A DNA stretch of 57,401 nt, the filler included, from Sphacelaria rigidula (lineage: Eukaryota): the NCBI GenBank assembly GCA_964200075.2. It is 6 parts of 6 records of this genome, joined end to end, with 100 filler letters (N's around TTAATTAATTAA, not from the genome) between each part and the next. Parts side by side here need not be neighbours in the genome. Positions count along the whole stretch, not along the records: positions 47,919 to 57,401 come from CAXNAA020008386.1; 5 more parts are not named here. One strand, given 5' to 3'. Below the pieces are notes generated by a model, which saw only the letters and a list, made by a program, of their open reading frames with translations, was not told where the DNA came from and made no database searches. Of this stretch, positions 48,992-57,401 are shown piece by piece. Both the position numbers and the translations under genes were made by a program. How positions within the stretch are numbered: the stretch's first letter is position 1; the number at the start of each line of letters is the position of its first letter.

Positions 48992-51900
48992 CTTGTGCGG
49001 CAGCCATGGCTTCGGCCACACCCTCCCGACAACGGGCCGTCACCATTTGCAGCATGTACTCCTGCATCTCGGCCATCGATCCGGCCACTTCCTGTGTGCG
49101 CAACGGCGGCAATTCATACACACACACACACCAACAAAACTCATGATCAAAAATCGATATTCAAACAAAACGTGCGAGACAACCGAAAATGAATACAGTA
49201 CATGCAGAAAGTCACGTTCGATTCGCCCTGACGTTGAAGTTGCTGTGTATCGTACACCTCACATGTAGAGTACACGTACACCTGACCAAAAAAAATCCTT
49301 GGTTCATTTTTTTTCTTCGTCCACGTCACAGGTGACTGCGCACACAAACCACCCCCCACCACTTCACCTGCCCCCTCCCCCCCCCTCCCCCTCCCTCCCC
49401 TCCAGAACAAAATCGAAAGAACTGTCAAACATTACGCAAACATCGTATATAGCTTTCAAAACGAGAAAAATGAGTTTCACTGACCTCCGCCACCCTAGCA
49501 CCAACAGCCTCAGCAAGCGCCTCCTGGTCCACACCCCCACCTGCGCCGGCCCCCACGTTCCCTTCCACCTCCGCCGGCGTCCTATACACCAGAGACGGCG
49601 GAGCTTGTTGCGGCAAGGTGGCAGACCCACCCGTGGCCGACGATATCGCCGCCGTTTCAGCAGTATCAGTGTTGGCGGCCGACAAATTGCCCAGCATGGA
49701 TCGATCTCCGGGACCACCGATCATCGATCCTCCGCGTCCGCCCGCCGCGGCTTCGGCGGTCGACGCAGACTTAGAGGACGGCGACAATTGTTGCGCTGCC
49801 ACAGCGGAACCGCTGTTGGTGACGGGTGCCGTCGCCACCCCGGGCATAGCTGCAAAACCGGCCATCCCCCCATCGCCTGCACCACCTCTAGCAGCGGAAG
49901 CACTGGCGGAGCTCGGTGTAGCGGTACCGCTCATGGCGGTGGTGGTATCGATCAATGACGGCGCTGTTGTGGTCGCTGCTGTCGCGGATGCCATCGACCG
50001 CGCGTGTGTCACACCGGTGGATACAGGTGCGCCGCCGCCCACCGCCGCCGGTACCACAGCTGGGGAGTGGGAAGCACTTGCTACGACAGAGCTCCGGTTT
50101 TCTACTGGGTTCGGCGGCTGGGTCGACGAACGCAAGAACGATGCCTTCGAAAAGGCGTTGGCGGTTCTCGAACCAGCCGCCACCGCCTCCGCCGTGGAAG
50201 GCGAAGAAGTCAAAGGGGAACCAATAGACGGGGATGGAAGCGGGGCGGTCGGGGTGGGCGATCGGATAGCGACCGGCGCAGGTCGAACACTGGAGCCGCT
50301 GCTGACGCTATCTTCAGCCGTGGCTGTTGTTATACTATCTGTTTGCGCCGACGCCGGCGCCGCCGAGCTGCTGCCGAAAGCAGAAATGGGGGTTGAAGTC
50401 GCGACGGGCCGCGAGGAAGGCGCGGGGAAGGATCCCGCAAGATGGGGCGCATGTGATGGCGACAATGGCGGTCTGGCATTGCCTGCTCCTGCCCCCTCGG
50501 CGTCAGGTCTGTGCATCGTGCGCGTGGGGTATCGGCAGCAAGGTGAAGATATAAGGATGGACGGACGGACGGACAAACGGGGGAGCAGATCCGGTAAATG
50601 GAACGGCTAGAAGCACCCACGTATTTTGCGGAAAGGGCAGTCAGTTATCATGCGTGTAGATCAGAACCACTCTTGGCGTGAGTAAAAACGATCGGACAAA
50701 AGCCACCGGTTGACGGAAACCACCACGCATGCCTTGCCAGACATCCAATCTCTTCAGCGGAAAGGCGGGCGGTCCACACGAAAAACAAATTGCTCACTAC
50801 TATGGTCGACACCGCTCGTGGTCCCCAATTCATGTTGAGGGGTGAAAATACTCGTCAAAATCGCAACACGTGCCACTTGTTGCGCGGTCAAGTGGTCGAA
50901 CATATAATGGTCCACCTGGGCAAACCCGTCAGCGAAGATGATGCCAGCGTCGAAATTCCTCCTTTTCCTGCGCTTGCCGTCGCCAAGCCACCGCCTGCGT
51001 ACAAGCTGCTGCCTCCGCCACCCCCCACGCCACCCCCACCGTTGCCGCCCATCAGGAGAGAGCGGAGCGCTAGCGTCGCCGATTGGTCCACGGTCACCCC
51101 CGGGATGGATCGGCCTGTCCTCTGCGCGGACGGTCGAGATGTTGGGTACGGAAATCGTTTCACGAGTGCATACCAGACACCATAGCGATATCCAAGTGGT
51201 TTGCCTGTTGCCGAGGGGGAGTATGCTGTTTCACGGCATTTGGGATTAGACACGGATATGTACACTACTGTGTCGTCGTGCTTGCAAGGCTCACTGTTTA
51301 CGGTCAGTCATCTAGCGGGCTATTGACCATACACTACGAGCGAGAGTGAAGGTACAGCAAGATCATAGTATGACTCTGGTTAAAATGCTGCGGGGTGCAT
51401 CATCACCTCCTTGCATTTGGGAAGACACAAGAACAATGCGACCACGGGGGGGAAACATGGATTGATGCCTTGACACTACGGACCAATCCCGACGAGAGGT
51501 GGTGGGGGATCTTAATTACTACAAAACACTTACACGAGCACACGGAAAGATACGGGCACAAGAAACGCCGATACCTGCGGCACCGAGGCCAAAGGTATCC
51601 GTTCACCGAACTCTCGCCGAGCAAGTCATGCCCTGCAGCAATCAAACACTACACAAGCAGGAACACCCGAGAAGATAACAAGATGAGGGCAACTCATGGC
51701 ACGCACCATCGCTCCAATGTCTCGGCTTGCTTCGCCCCCTGCCGTGGGACTTAAAGCCGCGACAGGGGGTGGCGGCGGTGGATGCAGAGCTCCCGACAGG
51801 CTGGCGGTAAGCGGCGCACCCCCGGCACTGTTGTCGGCCTCCCTGAGCACATGTATCGGACAATCCGAGAGCAGAGGAGAGTCCAATGGGTACAACGTCA

Positions 51901-54900
51901 CAAAAGGCATTTCACAGGGTACTCAGGTGAAATATGCTGAAAATTGATCAATGCTGACGTGACCGTGATGTGCAGGTATCGATGCAACAAGTCCCTTTTC
52001 AAAGGGCAACTCCTCGTGGCCAACCGCAACTGCCCGTGTGCATGCCGCCAAGGACGCGCAGCTTAGTCGCTCTTTCCTCAAGCAACCTTCAGCCAGTCAT
52101 GAGACAGAGCGGCGGGAACATACGTATACCAATACATCTTCCGCATAGCATATACGAGCTGGGTCAGCAGTAAATCTCGCATATGCATGTCACACCACAA
52201 CTTATCAAGTATACCTAATCAGCCCGACTTTAGTACATCTGTGTGACCTGCACACCAACATGGTAACGCACGGAACCGCCGCTAAAAAAAAAAAAAAATG
52301 CACTGCATACTGTATCTCCTACCCGATGGAACAAAAAAAAGGAATCCATCGGGATTCGAACTCGTGACCTCCATAACTGGAGTCAACTACATCACTTGGA
52401 TTAAAGGAGCGCAACCGTGCCACACGAAAAGTTGGATGCTGCGCCAAATATTTGGAATTTTTGGCCGAAATTGCACCAGGATCTCCTCCACACAAGGACG
52501 CACAACGACACTAGGGATGCCCCCGTATTTTTTTTTACAGAGTTGAAGCATTTTTCTAGTTTTTGCAGAAACTTCAAATCGCTCCACCCTTCTGTTTTGT
52601 TTTGTTTTCTTGGCATCCCCGGGAAGCTTATGCGTAGTAATGATAAAAATGTTGTCATCAAACTTTCAGCGCCCGACGCTTCGGATTACCCACCGCCCGG
52701 CCCGGATACATTCGCAGATCACTGTCAGCTGACCTAGCTCGTTCCCGTAAAAAATATGAAACTGTTCTGGAATGACTCAAGACTTTCGAGACCGAAGCGT
52801 GTAGTCGACAACCCTCAACATCGACGCACCCTCGCACACAAATACGGACCTTCCCCGCTGCTGCTGTTGATGCTGCTGATGCTGGTGCATTGTCAAAGTC
52901 GACGACGATCCCCCGGATGCATCTCCGTGGGCAGAAGATCCACCCGAGCCTCCGATGCTGCCGCTACCGCTGGCCGACGGTTCACCCGCCCCCGCCCCGC
53001 CCCCACCCCCGCTTCCTGTACCACTACCGCTGCCGCCGCCGCTACCGATGCCCATGACATCCCGCCCTACTTGGTAAGAGGCATCCGTGCTCTCCCCCCC
53101 ACGGCTGCTTGCAAATATGACATTCGTGCCGGTGGCTTGGCCAACTCCGGCGCCGGAGCTTGTGCCGTCGGCAGTAGCCGTTGCAGCGGCCATGAGAGCG
53201 GCTGCGGTGGCGTCCTCTCTCGTGGTGGAGCCCACTTCCTGCCTTTCCTCCGAGACGGAAACAGACACGCTGGATTGAAGATGTGAGAACAGATAACAAA
53301 ACAGGACATGAGGTTGCAATGAAAATATGACACGAAAGATTACGAGATTCTCGATCCGGCGAAGGAGACAACCCAGAGTAGAGGGACCTGCTGGTTGCTG
53401 GGAGACAATGCCTCTTTGCTGCGGTGCGTGCGTGTCTGTACCACTTCTCAAAAACGAGGGAAAAATAAACCCAATTATGTGTTGTAGCTATTCTAGGGTT
53501 GCTACGTCATGCCCGGACTACTATGAGTGTCGTAGAACGGGTGAAACCAGAGTTGCCGATCCATGCCTTGAAGCGGTTTTCTTCAATATTCAACACGGCA
53601 ACAAATGACACACCTTTGCTCCTCTGCATTGTCATCCCGACTCTCCCTTCCACCCGCCGCCGCTGCTTCCCCACCCTCCTCTCCCGCGGCACCAAGGCTA
53701 GAGGCATCATGGGCCCCAAACGGCGGCGCGCGTGATGACTGCGAAGAGCCCCCCGCGGTGGACGACGCAGGCGCCCCGAAGCTCTCCAGCTCGTGCGGCG
53801 TAAGGAAGTGCCGGAACTCCGGCGACACGGGCCTCTCCTGCGGCGCAGCCGACGGCATGGGAGACGACGACTCCTTTTGACCTTCCTCCGCCGCTGGCGG
53901 CGCTGTCGCCACATCAGCAGCACGTCTCGCCCCAGAAGATAGCATAGGCGATACGCCTTTGCCACCGGCACAACCAGCGCCCTCTCTAGCGGCGGCTGGC
54001 ACAGGACGCGGCGACATGCCTAGCAAAGCGGATGTTCCTGCCGTCGTGGTCCCCGTAGCAGTACTCGTAGCTCTTGGTGACAGGGAAGGGATGGCATGCC
54101 GAGACGACGGAGGGGGGAGCGGAGCGTCTCCACCGCCGCCGCTCGAAGAGGTCTCGCTCAATGAGTCACCCCCAGCGGTCATGGGCCTGACGGCGGCGGC
54201 CGCCGCCGAGGCGACGGCGACGGCGTGGTCACTCTCCTGGTCCCACTCGTCTTGTGCCGCGCCCACCCAGCCCTCGGGGGTCGATTGAGACGACGATTCT
54301 TGGGCTGAAGGAGAGCCCTCAGCCGAACCGGCGGTAGACGTACCCGCACCCCCCGCAATGCTGTCTTCTCCGCTCAATGGCTTCTCCGTTCTCGCTGGTG
54401 TTGCTCCCAGTCGTGCCGCCGGGACACCGGCGCCGCCTCCTGCGCCGTCGCCAAGCATGACTCCCGCGCCGCTGTTGGTGCGGGAGCCGGCGGCTGCGGT
54501 AAAGTCGCCCGCAGGAGTTAGCGGAGACGGGGCGGCCGAGACTGCTACTTGCTGTTGTTGCGATGATCCGACACCAGACCTGCTAGCAATGGATCCTGTC
54601 GGGGTCGTCTTGATTGTCGTGGGTGCGAGGGGCTCGTCGGCAACATCGAGTTTCTGTGGTGGACAGGATTGGTGAGAGGGGGATGAGTGCGCTATGTTTA
54701 GCGATCACTGCCAGGTGACGTGTTGACGGGGCCTGGTTGCTTGCTTACATGCTGTAGACAAGAGAATCTGGGGGTAAAGCCTCGCACAGTCGTACCTGAT
54801 GAGAAGCTAGCATAACGTGCCCGGGCTGGTCTTTTAGCGCCAAGGCTCAGCAATTCCGCCGACACGTGACCACTATCGCACTGTTTTAGGTAGGCACTCT

Positions 54901-56991
54901 TGTCTGGGGTAAGGCACACTGAACGCACCACGATCGCAGCTCGTGCTTGCACGAAACAAACGTGCATGCTACATTAGTGGGTGCAAACGTAGGATAAACA
55001 CCACAAAAGCAATGCACAGATCTCCGGAGCCTCTTCCGCGGCGATCCGTCACCCACAATTCCAATCTTCTCCTTACCTCAACACAGCGAACCCGCATGAA
55101 ACACAGTACCATGCCAGCAGCGGATCGTAACTCTCAAACTGTCGCCATGACTCGAGATTCTACATCATGCCTTCAAAACCCACGAGACGACGAATCCTCG
55201 TGGTCTCCTGGTTCCGACTGACCTTCTCAAATTTGACGCCACTGCCTCCGCCACCTCCTCTCGGTGTAGCTTGCGCGCTAGCTGGTACACCACCCGCACC
55301 GCCCTTGCCTCCGGCGGCGGCAGCAGTGGGAGTAGCCGCGGTGTTTCTCGATCCCATCAAATCCGCGCTCTTCCCCGCCAAAGCTGCTGCTGCCGCCGCG
55401 TTCACTACCGCTTTCTGAGTGGTTACTGCGGGTTTCGGGGCTCGCTCTGCTTTCTCTGCGTCTTGACCTCTCACACCGGGAGGGGGCAGGGCATCCCTCA
55501 CGCTGATGCGGTAGATCTGAACGGGTTTGGTCTGCACGCATATCAGCTGGAGAACTCGGCCTGCTCAGGAGAGAGTGGGGGAATGGGTATACGCACGTTG
55601 ACGAAGAATCGAGCGAGAGAACCGCTTGTGCCTCAGGTATGTAGCACAACGCGTCATGTATACATATATATGCATATATTCGTGTACATGGAGTAGATTA
55701 TCGCCGCGCAAGTTCAGCGACTTTGTACCTTGAGTGAGGACAGCATCCTCGCGGGAAGCACGCGAGCCAAGGGCAGCGACCGATGTGCGTCGCACATGTC
55801 CCAGAACAAACAACTGAAGGTACTGGTCGGTAGCCACACTGTTGCTGGGTCGAACGGTCGTGTAACCACAACCCTCTTACCGTCGCCGGAGGGTGACTCC
55901 TGCTCGTCGTAACCGTATTCTGCCTCTGGCTCCTGCTCCAGCACGGCGAAGCTCTGCACGGGGTGAGCCAGTGCGTAGGGCCGCAGGTAATCCATGCGAA
56001 TCCTGGCAAGATGCACCCGAGACACAAAAAAAAATCAAGCATAACTTCAGGGCGTTCGGGTTTCGCCGGCTCAAGCCACAGCAGTACAATAGTATTTGGG
56101 TGCACACGTGATGTTCACAGTTAAACGAACCGGTGGATCTGCCGGCGGCAGCCTCGTCAACGCAAAAAAAAAACATTAAGCAAGACTGAGATCGTACATC
56201 TCCCCTCAGAGGGCAATCAGCAGCATGAATGTCTTCCCCCCTCTCTCTGCAACCCGCAGTTTCACATCATCATCCAGCGCAACTAAAAAAAAACATTACG
56301 AGTGTGGACCACCGGTGCAAGGATCCCGTACAGCTTTACTCTCACCCGTAGCTCCCTCCTCCGAGATGAAGGGCATAGAGCAGCCCCTCACCCGCATCGG
56401 CAGCGAAGATAAAGTTGCTTTTAGGGTCCATCTCAAGCGACAGCGGACCCACGCCCGGCAAATGCAACTCCTGCAAAGGCAGCAATCCCTCCAACCCGTC
56501 TGCCCCCGGTACAGTGCTCACAGCGGAGGGAGTGGAGGATGACGGAGATGTTGCAAACCGGGTAGGGGCGACCCACACCTAATTGTTTGCACGGGCCGGC
56601 ATGGGCGGGGTGGTGGGTACAGCAAGGCAGATCAATGGCATGCACAGAGAACAACTCATTCCAAATGAACGATCTACCCAAGCAACCTGAATATATGTTG
56701 CATTATTGCTACTACAGAGGCAGCAAACGCCACGGCCGTATCACCGATAGAAACAGCAGTACCATTAATCACACAGCAACAACAATGTGGACAAGGACTA
56801 GAAGATGCAGTATCCAGCAGATAGAAATCGCGCGCTCCCACCTTGAGGAAGCGGTTGTCTTCGTCACCAGTTATTACAGTGGCGCGTGAGTTGCCGAACA
56901 CCCCCCCGCCGGCATCCACGTCCACCACCAACACGCGGTTTAACCTCGATCCCTCCTTGGCCACGCGGAAGGCGCACAAGCAGCTCAATAC
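48992..56991 (-). CDS. EDC4: Enhancer of mRNA-decapping protein 4 (Ge-1/VARICOSE) homologue, internal portion
   Basis: Phase-consistent exons (minus): 56991-56842, 56578-56346, 56002-55881, 55560-55223, 54653-53614, 53269-52850, 51842-51707, 51121-50916, 50508-49485, 49091-48992. Motifs VITGDEDNRFLKVW, FIFAADAGEGLLYALHL, RMDYLRPYALAHPVQSF and LQLICVQTKPVQIY match the end of the EDC4/VCS WD40 domain (ITAG..NRE.KIW; RMDYIAEF...PILSF; V.LYCVQT.AIQ.Y). Then a long S/A/G/P disordered linker and the start of a helical region. Both ends lie outside the contig. Confidence 0.82.
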
Positions 56992-57401
56992 CTGTGGTCG
57001 TCGGTGTGCGGAAAAGGGCTTGAATATGAGGCGCGACGATTTTGCGTGCACTTCGTGCGCGACATACACAATGTACTCCCATACCACACACGTCAAGTAA
57101 TTCGGTATCGCTGAGTCCCTCCAGAATAGATCTGCACAAAACGCAGGTACCTTACCACAGTATTCGACACACGAACGACACTGGGCGATAACATACACAC
57201 GTTAACTAGTTCGGTAGTAGCGCGGAGTCTTTGTCGAACGGATCTACACGAACGCAGGTATTTCACCATAATATTCGAAGCAGAGACGACATCAGGGCAG
57301 CAAAAAAGCCGGGGAGGTGGGGAGGAGGGGGGACAGAGCACGAAGAACGCCAGAATGCATAACAGAAGAAGAGGAGACGGGGGGGGGGGGGGGGAATCAA
57401 T

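Noticed and set aside
49618-50610. 330-aa plus-strand ORF, and similar ORFs opposite the ankyrin and EDC4 exons
   Set aside because: Antisense shadows of GC-rich coding exons on the other strand.
51577-51632. Extra EDC4 exon (GHDLLGESSVNGYLWPRCR)
   Set aside because: Flanked by AG/GT, but its phase is incompatible with the neighbouring exons, which join in frame without it.
52345-52400. tRNA gene on the minus strand (GGAGGTCACGAGTTCGAATCCC T-arm/B-box)
   Set aside because: Only a T-arm-like segment; no convincing acceptor stem or D-arm. At most a decayed tRNA-derived SINE head in an EDC4 intron.

Overview
Eukaryotic, intron-rich DNA, most likely from a brown alga (Phaeophyceae; inferred from gene architecture, WSC/ankyrin/PPR content and repeat style). 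The window is not one locus. It is six unrelated contigs of 9484, 9484, 9484, 9483, 9483 and 9483 bp (1-9484, 9585-19068, 19169-28652, 28753-38235, 38336-47818, 47919-57401), joined by artificial 100-bp N/TTAATTAATTAA/N linkers, so most genes are truncated and neighbourhood across blocks is meaningless. Genes: an intronless ankyrin-repeat protein; a 9-exon partial PPR protein with an RGG-rich N-terminus; a 13-exon partial gene encoding three WSC domains fused to an Agd3-like (galactosaminogalactan deacetylase, CBM87-type) region; a Cys-rich RCC1/BLIP-II/CRINKLY4-like beta-propeller; and a partial EDC4/VARICOSE mRNA-decapping scaffold. Mobile DNA: a decayed RTE-like LINE (APE+RT), several MITE/foldback families (one with TGT..ACA ends, 4-5 bp TSDs and internal TTAGGG repeats), and many 3' ends of a non-LTR family that terminates in poly(C) rather than poly(A), one with a clean 15-bp target-site duplication. 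Exon models were built by eye from GT-AG sites and frame continuity; family assignments are from motif recognition, not database searches.
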